From Camelus dromedarius (lineage: Eukaryota): 64,000 bases of DNA. Under the pieces are notes generated by a model. It saw only the letters and a list, made by a program, of their open reading frames with translations. It was not told where the DNA came from and ran no database searches. Shown here piece by piece: positions 12,920 to 25,391 of this stretch. The stretch lies in the NCBI RefSeq assembly GCF_036321535.1, contig NC_087437.1, positions 18,106,001-18,170,000 of the forward strand, given 5' to 3'. Made by a program: the position numbers and the translations under genes. Numbering within the stretch: the stretch's first letter is position 1; each line of letters begins with the position of its first letter.

Positions 12920-13440
12920 ACTCTCACACACTGAGGGAAGGACTGCAAATTAGTGCAAGCACATCAAGAAGGAAAATTTGGTTAAAATCTCTCAAAATCA
13001 GAAGTGCACCTACTGTTCATTATCAACCCCACATTCAGAAATGTTTAACAGATATACTCATCCAAGTGCACACACACATACTCATTTCAAAGGTATTTAC
13101 TTAAGTATTGTAGGAACTAGCAAAAGATTATGAACAAAATGACCACTAAAGAAAAAACTAACTAAATAAATCACTGTACTTCCGGACATTGGTGTATTGG
13201 GCAGCCATTTCTAAATGAGGTCATTCTATACTTTATTCTACGTTTTGGTTACCAAGGTGTATTGTTAGATGAAAGCAGAAAGCTGCAAAATAGTGTGACT
13301 AGGAAGTTACAGATCGTGTAAAACCGAGTAACTAGCCGACTGGGTGGAAGGAAAACTAACTTTTCAATGTTACCGTCTTGTACCTTTAGAACTTTAAACT
13401 ATGTTTATATATCATGTCTTTTAAAAATAAGACATGTATA
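12920..13440 (+). mobile_element. Old L1 (L1ME-like) 3' fragment
   Basis: Degenerate 'gactgcaaattagtgcaagc', 'aaataaatcactgtac', 'gcagccatt', 'ctgcaaaatagtgtg' in the order seen in L1ME 3' ends. Confidence 0.45.
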
Positions 13441-14100
13441 AAGAGAAAATATAAAATACCTTCCTATTCCTCCCATACTATTTTTTCTTAAACCAGGAAT
13501 GGGCATTAAATTCCTTAAAATTGTTTTTTTAGCATCTGTACTTATGATCATATCCTATCCTCTTTGACTCATTATTTAATACTGAATTAATTAATATCCT
13601 GGATTACATGATGACATTTTCTAATGTTGAACTATTCTTGTATTTTCTGACTATAGCTGTTTGGTAACATTGAATTGTTATTTTAATACACTGCCAGAAT
13701 TTTATTAGTCCTTCTTTCTTTATGACTTTTACATTTATATTCAAAAATAAAGTTAATCTATAGTTTAATGTTGAGAGTACATTCTAATCTTTTAGAGTTT
13801 GGGTTATTCCTCAAAGGAGAGATTGAGAAAACGTAATTTTTCCCTAAAGTGCAAATCTTTAAGCAATATAGACATTATCAGATTTTGAAGGTTTTATTTG
13901 AACCCAACTAATAATGAATCTGGCACAAATATACGTAGAGGTACATCTTTTATTCCCACTTTAACTTCTTCTATTAATTGTGTTTTTCAGAGTGTTTTAT
14001 GTTTGCGGGGGGGTAAATTTTGATAATTTACATTTTTCTAAAAAAGCATTTGTATTATCAAATACAATATTCTGTACTTTAGGTTTTATTTATTTATTAA
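13440..14100 (-). mobile_element. Old L1 ORF2 remnant
   Basis: 'ccttcctattcct', 'ttttttagcatct...atgatcata', 'ttttctaatgttgaactattcttgtatt' match antisense L1 ORF2 landmarks. Confidence 0.45.
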
Positions 14101-14898
14101 TTCATAAAATGAACAAATTTGAAATATATAGCTCAGTAAATGTATCTGTGTGTATACACCCAGGTAACTAATATCCAGCTCAAGATAAAAGATGTTTCTA
14201 TCACTCCAAAAGTCAATAGGCTTTCCATGCAATAGCCACTGGATATTGGGGTGTCCCAAATACCATTGGGGTTTAACCAAATTTTCAAATTTCTATTATC
14301 ATGGCTAATTTGTGAGGCTTCTTTTATCATTGTGAATGGTAGGGAAAAGGCAAACACTTAAACAAGTTTCCCTTCGTGATTCTATCCCTGGAGGGGACTA
14401 GAAGCCCACAGCCCACCTCTCAAGCAAAGCCACTGGTTATGAGATTTCCCTGTAAGAAAAAGCCCCCATCTCCCCTGGGCACCATCAGACCCCCAGGGAA
14501 GGCTGCGGCTTCATGGTGGCCACCTGCTTCATTTTCAGGCTTTGATGAAGTTCTCAAGGTCCTTTCCTATGTCCCTATCTTGAAGATTCCTCTAGCTTCT
14601 GCTGGTGACTTCCAAACTATGAATGGATCTTACTAAAGACCTAATTGCTTATAGAAAGTGTCAGAGGAGATACACGAAGTAAAAAGGCCTTCAGGGATGT
14701 CACTGCTTTGTCTGGCTTTGTTTGCTCTGTTTTGCCATTACTGTTGCAACATTTAAAGTAAACTATAGACCTACCTACCCCTTCTTTCTTTGGACCTATT
14801 GACAATGTTAAAATGGCTGTAAGAAAAATCTCCCATTTACTTAGCAAGACTTCTGCCAAGTGGGGCCAGAGATTGAAGGCTTCAGGCAGTCAATCTAA

Positions 14899-14942
14899 GT
14901 GCGTGTGTGTGTGTGTGTGCGTGTGTGTGTGTGTGTGTGTGT
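14899..14942. repeat. (GT)n microsatellite with two GC interruptions
   Basis: gtgcgtgtgtgt...gtgcgtgt...gt read directly. Confidence 0.97.
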
Positions 14943-17900
14943 TGAGGGGTGTGGTGCAGGCAAAGAGGGCAGTACTAACGGTGTTCTTAGCAATCCCTCT
15001 TCACACAATGTCCCAGTACCTCTTGCTCCAAGCTTTCAGTTTTTCTGGAACTCAGTTGGGGAAATCCATCAGTGACTTCTTTTAGCTGGTGCTGATTTAT
15101 GGACTTTGTAAGCATGAATTGACAGTTCTATTAGTTTTGTCCAATCTGTTTTCTGTTTTCAGAACATCTTCAAATTTTCGGTTTAAATATGGCACCCTGC
15201 ACCATTTCCCACAGCTCAGACATTTTTCATTTGTTTGCCTTTGGGGTTTTTTTTCCTTTGTTCTTGCATTTTAATATCCTTTTAGAATTTTGATAGAGAA
15301 CAGAAGAGAGGAAACCATGCTGACTCAATTTACCAACTTGAACCTGGAAGTTTGATCTGAATATATTTCAAAAACTAATCTAATGGGCCCCCAAAACCAA
15401 AGCTCCATTAGGAGCAATTAGTTTGATATAGTCAGATCTCTCCAGAAAATGTTTGGCTCTTGGTCCTTTTGAACTTAGGGAAGACAGTCAAATTGGATGT
15501 CATCTGATTAAAGCAATTAACCAATTCTTAGAAGAAATATACTCTAAGAAATGTATCATTATGTCTCATACTTTTGGAATGTTTAAGAATTCTCCAAAGG
15601 TAGAAGACCTAATACAAACCTTCATTTTCATCTTCTGAAACTCACCAAAATAAGCAGTCTCTTCCCTTGTACCAAATTTCACATTATCCTTGATTTTCAC
15701 ACCACAAAAGATTAAAGATAATGCTACTAATTATGATATTTGAAAGCAGCCCTTCCTGAGGATGATCTGCCACTGGTATTATGCTATAGAAAGACTGAGA
15801 AATAGCTTTGATAATTTATCCTCATTAACAGGAGAATGCAGGAGATTAAAGGTAGCAAGGGTGAATATCCTCTCATTTAAAAAAAAAAAAAACTTGTGCA
15901 ACCTTTTATTCACCTACTAAAGCCGTTATTATGGAATAATAAAAAACAGAGGTGTGCTGCACATATGAACTCGGGGAATAAAGACACAAGGAGCTATTTT
16001 CTCTCAAGAGAACAGTAGTGTCATAGATTAAAGGTGGCAAGGCAGCCATCATTTAAAGCAGCTCACATCTCCAAAGGATATTTATTCACAAATTGATTAG
16101 AGTTGGAAATGAAAATGATTCAGTTGGTGGGAACATTACAGCAGCCCTTTAAAGTGTGATGGGAAAGATGAAAAGGAGGCTCACTTACCCTTTCCTTAGC
16201 ATGCAGACAGAGATCAAAAAGACCAATGTCCCATTGATAGCCCTAATGAGTCTGCGCTTCTGTTAGCTCTCCAGTTATTTCCAGGGACTTGGGAGGCATG
16301 CTCGGTCTGATAAACCTGACTATCCCGTTGCTGGAGGCAGCATCACGTTTCAAGAATCTCTTTTGGGGTGATTTGATTGAGTTTTCCAAAAATGTAATGG
16401 AAATTAGTGATATTCACTCAGCAGAACCTTTATCAATCCCCAAAGACTTGCTTGTCTCCGCTGCTACTCATCCCCAAATTTTTACCATCATCCTCTGCAT
16501 CATCCTTCTCTCTCACGTCCCCATCAAATCTACCAGCAAAAAGTGTTGGCTCTATTCTGACTCTGACCACTTCTCTCCCCTTCCACTTCTTCAACTCAAG
16601 TACAACTAATCCATTTGCATTGCTGTTAGACTTCAAATCTCAATCAGAAACGGAGAGCCCAGAACCGGGCAGCTCTCCAAGTCAAAGGGATAAATCCAGC
16701 TAACGTGCTGGTAAATTGAGGGTCAATGAGATTTTTAGCTTTTCAATGCAATTAAAGGGAGTAAGAAATTCAGAAAACAGTCAATCCCGGGAAAAAAAAA
16801 AAACCAAAACTTCTTTTAAAAATAGAAAGCACTATTTCTCCAAAACAGTTGCTTTTTATGTTTCATCAAGAAAGTGAAAGATTTAGTGACTCAATGTATT
16901 TCAGATGCCAAGTTCCCAGTTAAGGTATCATGGAGCTAAACCCTCTATACATAAAAATGGCTCCTTTAAATCATTCTTTGAATCATTAAAAACACCTTTG
17001 ATGAGAAATAATTATTTGGTTCATTCTCATGGAAATTCCCACATTCATGTCTACATCTACCATGGGCTCCACAATTTCCAACACACACCATCATTTTATG
17101 TACCATTAAGAGAGGGAAAAAGTGCCTAAGATGAGGTTTAAAGCTGAACTATAAATGGGCTATGCCCTCAGCACAGGACTAAACAAGAAATATACTTGCC
17201 TTCCTTAATCTTGGCACTAGGTTAAGAAAGGAAAAGAACTTGGGGGAAATCTGAACTATCAACTGGTACTCAAGCAAGTTTGTAGTCTAAATTCTCACTA
17301 TCAATGTGCTCTCAAAAAACTCAAGAAGAGAAGAACTTAAAGTGATCTCAGGCTGGCAGTACCCCCAGGTGATGAGCAGATTCTCTCTGGAAGAGCTCTA
17401 CTTCCTTCTGGAGTAAAATACCATCCTGATTTCAGAAATGTTAAATGGTCTAAAGATGTGCATCTTACACAAAATGAAGTCCTTCATCATCTTGTTGACT
17501 TCCAGCCCCAGCATGCCTTCTGACTTTTCTGCCACTCCAACTTGTGTAACTGCACAAATTTAGTTGTGAAGTATCTCAAAAGCTAAGTAAGAGACACAGT
17601 GGCACACAAAGAAAGAGAGAAAATTTTATAGTAAAGAACAAATTAAGCAAAAATTTCCTCAGGTCTTAACCTTCTTGGGTTCTATCTTTATCCTTCCTCG
17701 TATAAATATTGCAAATGGAAATGAAGCTGACTGCATGAGAGGTTGACCAGAAAACTAGTTGTGTCTAAAGGAAGGGTAGAAAATATAACTTGACTGGAAA
17801 TATCACCTAACTCCAAGAGAGATGGCAGAATACCAAAGCTGTTCAGGAAGCGCTGGTTTATATGGGCAAAATGAAAGCTGTTCAATGTCATAATCCTCTT

Positions 17901-18739
17901 ACCCCTATAATCTTCCAAAGAAACCAAATCAAAGTAAATTTTAACTCTCCCTAAGGATGGAGTATGACTCTCACCAAAAATTTATGTTCTATCCACTATG
18001 AAATTATCATATCTAAAAGCCAGTCACCTCCTCAAAATCTGAGCCCAAATTTCATCACCTACAGGAAGCTACCAGTGATCCACCACACACCACCTGGACC
18101 ACATCTCATTAGAACTTATTTTAATTTTTCTCAAATTATTTCCTGGTTGGTAGTAGGTCATCCCATAAAAGTGTTTCAAGTGGGGCTTTGGGTTTGAATC
18201 TTTCATTCTTCTTGTCAGGCTCTTTGTGTCTTGAGAGAGGTCATTTCTAACACTTTCTTGACTTCTTCCCATTTATCTTACAGCTCCAAACCCATGAAGC
18301 CCTAAATAAATGCCCATAATGCACTTATTTACTTGCACTTATAAATATGGGGTTTTCACATTTAATTTGACAGGTAATACCAAATCAACATATGTAAAAG
18401 AAATTTGTTGAATTGGATAATGATTATGCTGGATAAGGTCTGCCAAAACCTCCTGAACAGGATGCTGTAATGCTGTATTATATTGTATAATAAATCAAGA
18501 CTCTCTACAGTATTTGTCTATAGCTTTCAGGTAATACCCATGATCTAGGTAGAGCTATGAAATCAACCAGAATTAACTAAATGAATTCTCTGCTCTAGTT
18601 TGACAGGCCAAGCCATTGGCAAACAATCTATCAAATGAACAGAGTGGAACAATTTGGCCAAATAAAAGTTGGGTTTTTTTTATACTAAAATAATTACAAA
18701 ACTACCTGCTCAACTTGAAAATAGAAATAATATAGACAT

Positions 18740-19440
18740 AGAAAACTACAATAAAACATCATTTTATGTGTTTTAAGTTAACAAAAATTTTGAAGTGTGA
18801 GTATCAGAGGGACTGCAGTTCAGAAAGAACTCTCACACCCTACTTTAGCAAATAATTTGGGGTTATTCCATATAGTCAAAAATTCTCCTATTTTTGGCCC
18901 AGAAATTTCACTCCTAGGTATATGTCCAAGAAAAACTCTTACTCATGTGTGCTGGAAGACATGTACAAGAATGATCATAGCAGAACTGTTATCAGCAGCA
19001 AAAACCTGGAAAAAATCATAGGCCCCATCAACAGGAAACTGTATGAAGAAACTGTGGTATAGACACACAATGGAATATTATATAGTGGTCAAAACGAACA
19101 AATCCGAGCTACACGTCACAATGTAGATGAATCTTAGCACTATGACATTAAGTGAAAATAGGAAGACCCACAAGATTGAGTGTTGCATGACATTCTTTTC
19201 TTAAGCTCTGAACAATTTTAAAATATCCACAGTTTTGGAATATATATCATGTAACAATATATTAAAAGCAAAGAGAATGCTAAGCTCAGGATTCAGAATG
19301 ACAGTTATATCTGTGGGAGGGGGATCAGGGAGAGGAAGAAGGCAGCGTGCTGCAGGGAGCACAAAAGTAGGTCTAAATTATCAGTTGACTCCTAGATTTG
19401 TGTTGGGTTCACTGGTGCTTATTACATCATTATGAATGAA
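18740..19440 (+). mobile_element. Old L1 (L1ME-like) 3' end
   Basis: 'cccagaaatttcactcctaggtatatgtccaagaaaaact', 'catgtacaagaatgatcatagcag', 'ccatcaacagga', 'gtggtatagacacacaatggaatatta'. Confidence 0.75.
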
Positions 19441-20084
19441 TGAAGAGCAAGGCATGAAAAAATGATGAGACTTTATGACCAAGGATTATGATTAATCCTA
19501 TTAATCCAATCACAAGCTTTAAAAAATGAAAACAAAAACGAAAGCATGTATATTTAAAAAAAAAAAATAGCAAACACTCCCATATCAAAAAAGGCAGGAA
19601 AATAGAAACAAAGAAAGGTACTTAATTCAGGGAATTGGCCGGCCAGTGATGGAAGTCCTGCGAAACCAAAGCCCAAGAGATAACTTAAAGATTAACAACT
19701 CTAGCAAGCCACTACCATACTCAGGTACAGGGTCAAAAGAGATTCATTGCCAGAACCCAGGGACCAGGATCACTCCCCTGAAGCTGCAACCATAGTGGGT
19801 CTGCAGAGTAGGAAACCTGACCCATAGAAGAGACACAGTTGTCACCAGAGAAATCACCCGGTAAGAGAGAAGAGGGGAAGAAATACCACTTGTGGCTTTT
19901 CCCTTCCTCCTGCCCTTTATTCTCCCGTTAGTACCCAGCTGGACCCCAATGACATAGAAGCCCTAGAAACACAACCTGCTGGGCTCAACCACTGTCAGAT
20001 GTAAAGCAGAGCAGGAGGCAGAGTGAGGACCACACAGGAGATCAAACAGACCCAGGACTGACTCCTGCCTCGAATAGTCATCCC

Positions 20085-20620
20085 CCTGGCCCAGCCCAAC
20101 CTCACTCCCTTTCCCACAGATAATCACGTTTTATAGCTTCTTTTATATCCTTCTAGACGTCTGTCTAATCATCTACGTAAATAATTGAGAATTTTGCATA
20201 CATTTTAATATTCAAATGGAATCATGCTTTATATGCTGGACAGACGCTGTGTGTTACCATACATAAAACAGCATATATTAATATACAACACGAAGTATAA
20301 ATATGTAGATATGTGTTAAGTAATTTTGTTTTGGAACAAAAAAAAAACTGTAGAATGCAATCATCGTATTTTCTGGACTGTTTTTTAATTAGCAATGTGT
20401 CTTCAAGTTCTTTCCACATGGTGACTTACAGATTTGCCTCATTTTTTAAATAGTTGCAGATTATTTTACTGTATAAATGTGCCATAATTTACTTAACCAG
20501 CCTCCAAATGGTAGACATTTAGAGGGTGTCCAAATGTTTGCTATCACTAACAATATAGCAATGGGCATACTTTGAACTTCATACAGATGTGCATGCATCA
20601 CCATGGGATAAGTTCTCAGT
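20085..20620 (-). mobile_element. Old L1 (L1ME-like) 3' end
   Basis: 'gtgccataatttacttaaccagcctccaaatggtagacatttag...tccaaatgtttgctatcactaacaat'. Confidence 0.65.
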
Positions 20621-21199
20621 CACAGAGTGTGGCTTGTACAAAATATGAGATACAGTTGATAAGTCCAATGACAAAGATTTTGAATTACATACGTCCTGTT
20701 AAATTACATATCCAGTTGCCTATTATCTGTCTCCACTCTTAAGAATGAGAGGGCAACATTTTTTTGTTCACTGTGATATCTTCAGTGGGCATATTCCAGA
20801 ATCTATCAATTATCATCTTTCTTTATTTTGTGTATGAGTACAGCCATTAGAATCATGTTCATAGCACTTTTGCTTATGATGTAAATGTGGCAGTGGCTTA
20901 GTTCTGAATCTTCCCACTTACCCTAGAGACTAAAAGGAGTGACAAGGAAAACGGGGAAGAGAAACCTCATAATACACATTTGTAGAGAAACTAGGAGACA
21001 AAAGAAACCTGACAATTCCTATTGCGTGTAAGTGGTGTCAGAGGCAGAGCTAATCACGAGGCTGTGCCGGAAGTCTCCGAGGTCCCACAAAAGAGAACGG
21101 GAGTATGGAGGGGACCAAAGGGCTCATAGATCTTAGAAACTTCCAGAAAACATCCCCTTCCAGAAGGAGAGGGTCTCAGTAGAATAAACTTAAGTGGAC

Positions 21200-21720
21200 C
21201 AAAAAATGAGACCATACAAGCTCTAGCTAATAGCTTTAATAATTTATGAATTCCATATAATATTGTATAGATTCCTTTATACATCTGGAATGGGGAAGAG
21301 CTCTTTGAACTATGACTCAAGATCCAGAAGCCATTTTAAAAGTTGAGCAATTTGATTACATGAAATACAACAGTTTTTCATAACTAAAAAGATCCCTGAG
21401 ACACTATAAGAAATATTTTAATTCTTATTTCAGGCGAAGTGCTAATTTCCCCAATACACAAAGAAGTTCTAGAAAAATTAGAAGGAAAAACAGCCCCAAA
21501 GAAAAATAAGCAGAGAAGTTGAACAGATAATTCAGGGGAAAGAAGTATTAAACATATGAAATGAAATCAATGTCACTCAAGTTAAAGAAACACAAAGAAA
21601 AGCTATATTGAGCTACCAGAGTGGCACAGAGCCAAAAGAAAGAGTTTGGAAATGTATTTTGTAGTCAAGGCTGAGGGGAACCAGGCCCTCTCATTCTTGA
21701 TTGGGGATGTTGTCCCAGTG
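21200..21720 (+). mobile_element. Old L1 ORF2 3' remnant (contains source of 114-bp duplication)
   Basis: 'aaatgagaccatacaag', 'attcctttata', 'aactatgactcaagatccagaagccatt', 'gctaatttccccaatacacaaagaag', 'aaacatatgaa'. Confidence 0.65.
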
Positions 21721-21822
21721 GAACAAGAGAAGAGGGGATGGGGAAGTGGAATCCTTTATGGTTTCTGATTTTTGTGTCCTAAAAATTCCTTGCCTGGCAA
21801 AAATATCTAAGAATTTCACCTG

Positions 21823-22316
21823 CTTTTTTTTTTATTGAAATACAGTTACAGTGTGTCAGTTTCTGGTGTACAGCACAATGTCCCAGTCATGCATATACAT
21901 ATATATTCGTTTTCATATTCTTTTTCATTAAAGGTTATTACAAGATATTGAGCATAGTTCCCTGTGCTATACAGAAGAAACTTTTTTTAAATCTATTTTT
22001 ATATATAGTCGCTAAAATTTGTAAATCTCAAACTCTCAAATTTATCCCTTCCCACCCCCTTTCACTGGTAACCATAAGATTATTTATTATGTCTGTGAGT
22101 CTGTTTTGTAGATGAGTTCATAGTGTCCTTTTTTTTCTTTCTTTTTTTTTTTAGATTCCACATATGAGTGATATTATATGGTATTTTTCTTTCTCTTTCT
22201 GACTTACTTCATTTAGAATGACAATCTCTAGTTCCATCGATGTTGCTGTAAATGGCATTATTTTATTCTTTTTTATGGCAGAGTAGTATTCCATTGCATA
22301 AACATGCCACCACTTC
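21823..22316 (-). mobile_element. Relatively young 5'-truncated L1 3' end (camelid/cetartiodactyl-type)
   Basis: Poly-T, then 'attgaaatacagttacagtgtgtcagtttctggtgtacagcacaatg', 'gttccctgtgctatacag', 'ttagattccacatatgagtgat', 'gcagagtagtattccattg'. Confidence 0.9.
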
Positions 22317-23588
22317 TGGTGTAGTCTTTGGTTTTACCCTTTGATCTATATCTAACTTGAATTAACTTTTTAATATGGTGCAAGGTATAGTTGAAGTTTA
22401 TATTTTTGCATATGGATATCCAATTGTTCCTACATTATTTGTCAGGAAACCTATCTTTTCTTTATTTAATTATCTCACCCACTTTGTTAAAAATCAATTG
22501 CCCATATATTGAGGGTGGTTCATCCATCTTTATTACTGTATGATATTCCTAGGGATGAAAATACTTTATGATTTATTCATTCATTGGAGTTATTTACACT
22601 TTGGTGCTATTTTGATAAATGCTGTGAATCTATCTCCTGCACAAATGCCATCAGCTGAGTCATACAGGATATATAGTTCTTACCCAACTATATAGAAAAA
22701 CCCCATGCTGCATGATTTTTTTCAGTATCTTTTTAGTCAAATCTCCAGCAGTGTTTTCCGTGTCTTCAATAGTATTTGTTGACAACGGAAAGGAATGTTT
22801 TAGTTTGTCGCCATATTGTATCAACTATGAGTTTTACCATGACAGAGAGAATTGAGTGTTTTCCCAGTATCTGGCTTTTTGCATTCACTCCTAAGTAAGA
22901 CACTTCAGGTGCTTCTAATCAGTTTTTTACTTGAAATATAGTCGGTTTCCAATGTTGTGCTACTTGCTGATGTACAGCTCTAAGCATTTTTTATCACAAA
23001 GTTTAATTTAAAATGTTTAAGAAGTGAATCTAATAATATTGCAAACTTTACACATTGCTGAGAACCCCTTTAGACATTTTTGGAAACAATTACAGAGGCT
23101 TCCTTTCCCTCCCGCTCTAAAAATCTGGATTTTATGTTTTGCTAATTTTCAGTTCTGGTTAATTTCTCAAGGTCAATGTATAACATGGGTAGAGGGTTTT
23201 TTTGTTAATAATAGCGGATGTAATTCATATTTCTAACAGTTCATTTGAATTTGGAGCTTGTATTTGCTCCTCTTCCCTTCATACTTGATTAGATTTTCAT
23301 TCTTTTTACCTCATACGGTGACCGAAGAAGCACTGATTTGCAGGAGCAGGAGAAGGGTTGACTTAGCCATTTTCTTGTTCACTGATGTTTCCATTCTTGC
23401 AACATCTTTAACCAACATTTCTTATGTAATTAAAATCATATAATATTATCTTTACATTACTTAACTAGGCACTCTTACTCTGCAGGCAAGAGCCCAAAAG
23501 TGCAGTCTTGAGTGAGAGCTCACTCCTGAATTTCCACTTTCTTCCCTGAGGCCAGAGGGGTTCATTATAAGGAATCATAGAAATTCCG

Positions 23589-23702
23589 GCTAATAACTAT
23601 AATAATTTATAAATTCCACATAATAATGTATAAATTCCTTTATACATCTGGAATGGGGAAGAGCTCTTTGAACTATGACTCAAAATCCAGAAGCCATTTT
23701 AA
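23589..23702 (+). repeat. 114-bp direct duplication of 21226-21339
   Basis: Manual alignment: 107/114 identical, ungapped. Confidence 0.92.
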
Positions 23703-24359
23703 GGCAGACAGCACAGCCTGGCTTCATTAGGGATAGAACTAGGAATCAGAAAGCCTCCGAATCTCAAGCCTTGCTCCACCACGTTCCTCCCTCCCCCAGT
23801 GTCTCCGTTTCTCATCCCATGTTCTTTTCTCATCTTTCCTCTTTCTTTCTGCTGACATGTTTCTACCACTCGAGTGTGCTGGAACCAAACACGACCCCTC
23901 GGGCTGCTGAATTTTATGTCCTCCATTGAAGGGGTCATGGAGGCTATCAATCCCCATCCACATTTGCAGGAGCCAAATTCCGAAGAGCTGAAGAGCAAAG
24001 GCCCTGTCCTGAGGCAGTCAGCTCTGGCCAAGCCCATGCTTGTAGGTGGGTGAGACAGACTCAGAGAAAGAGGGTTGGAGATGGGAAGATAGCTAAAAGA
24101 TGGCTTTCACATACAGCCCTAGTGAATGTATCCTGATGCAGCCATTCAACTGTGGGAACCGTCTCATCCAGCCTCTGGCTGCATTTCCTCTCCGATAGGT
24201 GGGGAACAGCATCATCTGTTTCTGTGATTTTTCTTATTCTCCACTCCTGTGGCTGACCACTAACTGACACATCCGTTCAGCATTAATTGGTGGATACACT
24301 AAATCACGTTGTAATTAATTCAGCGCCTGCTCCTCTGTATGGTAACCTTGTGTATCTTT

Positions 24360-25216
24360 TTTTCTCAATTGAAGTATAGTTGATTTACAATGTTGTGATA
24401 GTTTCAGGTGTACAGCAAAGTGATTCAATTATACATATACATATATATTTTTTTCAGATTCTTTTCCATTGTAGGTTATTACAAGATATCTAATGCAGTT
24501 CCCTGTGCTGTACAGCAGGCCCTTGTTGTTTCTCTATTTTATATATAGTAGTATGTATATACTAATCCCAGACTTCCAATTTATCTCCTCCCCAACACTT
24601 TCCCCTTTGGTAACCCTTTGTTTTCTATGTCAAAAGACCCTTCTTGGGGATTTACATGCCCAACAAACTAATTTGGGAAAAGAAAGTGTTTACGACTTGG
24701 TTTTGTAGTCGGTTCTCCACAAAACTTGAAAATGAGGGAAATAATATTACCTTCTGAAAGTGTATTTCTGATGATATGGTTGATAAATAAGTTCATTTGT
24801 GTCATTTTTTTTAGATTCCACATATAAGAGATATCATATGATATTTATCTTTCTCTGTCTGACTTACTTCATTTAATATGATAAACTCTAGGTCTGTCTG
24901 TGTTGCTGCAAATGGCATTATTTCATTCTTTTATGGCTGAGTACTATTCCATTGTATAAATATACCATAACATCTTTATCTAGCCATCTGTCGGTAGACA
25001 TTTAGGTTGCTTCCATGTCTTGTCTATTGTAAATAGTGCTGCTATGAACACTGGGGGGTATGTATCTTTTTGAGTTATGGTTTTATCCAGATATATGCCC
25101 AGAAGTGAGACTGCTGGATCATCTGGCAACTCCATTTTTAGAATCCATGTTCTTAGATTGGAAGAATCAATATTGTTTAAATGGCTGTACTACCCAAGGC
25201 AATATACAGATTCAAT
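24360..25216 (-). mobile_element. L1 insertion with 5' inversion (twin-priming structure), TSD and an internal inverted flank-derived insert
   Basis: Antisense L1 3' end 24360-25141 (interrupted at ~24632-24761). Then a sense ORF2 piece 25142-25216 reading PCS*IGRINIV*MAVLPKAIYRFN. TSD accttgtgtatcttt (24345-24359) / accttgtatatcttt (25217-25231). Confidence 0.9.
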
Positions 25217-25391
25217 ACCTTGTATATCTTTATTCTTGTTCATCGTGTATCGACTTTACAATTTAACTCTCAGAGGATAATATTATTTCCCTCACTTTCA
25301 AGTTTTGTGGAGAACTGACTACAGAACCAAGTCCTAAACACCTTCTTTTCCCAAATTAGTTTGTTGTGCACGCAAATCCTCAAGAGAGGTC
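24636..25391. repeat. 126-bp inverted repeat, arms 24636-24761 and 25266-25391
   Basis: Manual reverse-complement alignment: 112/126 identical, ungapped, ~504-bp spacer. Confidence 0.92.

Noticed and set aside
19620..20050. Possible ancient LTR fragment
   Set aside because: Resemblance too weak to name a family or set boundaries without a Dfam search.
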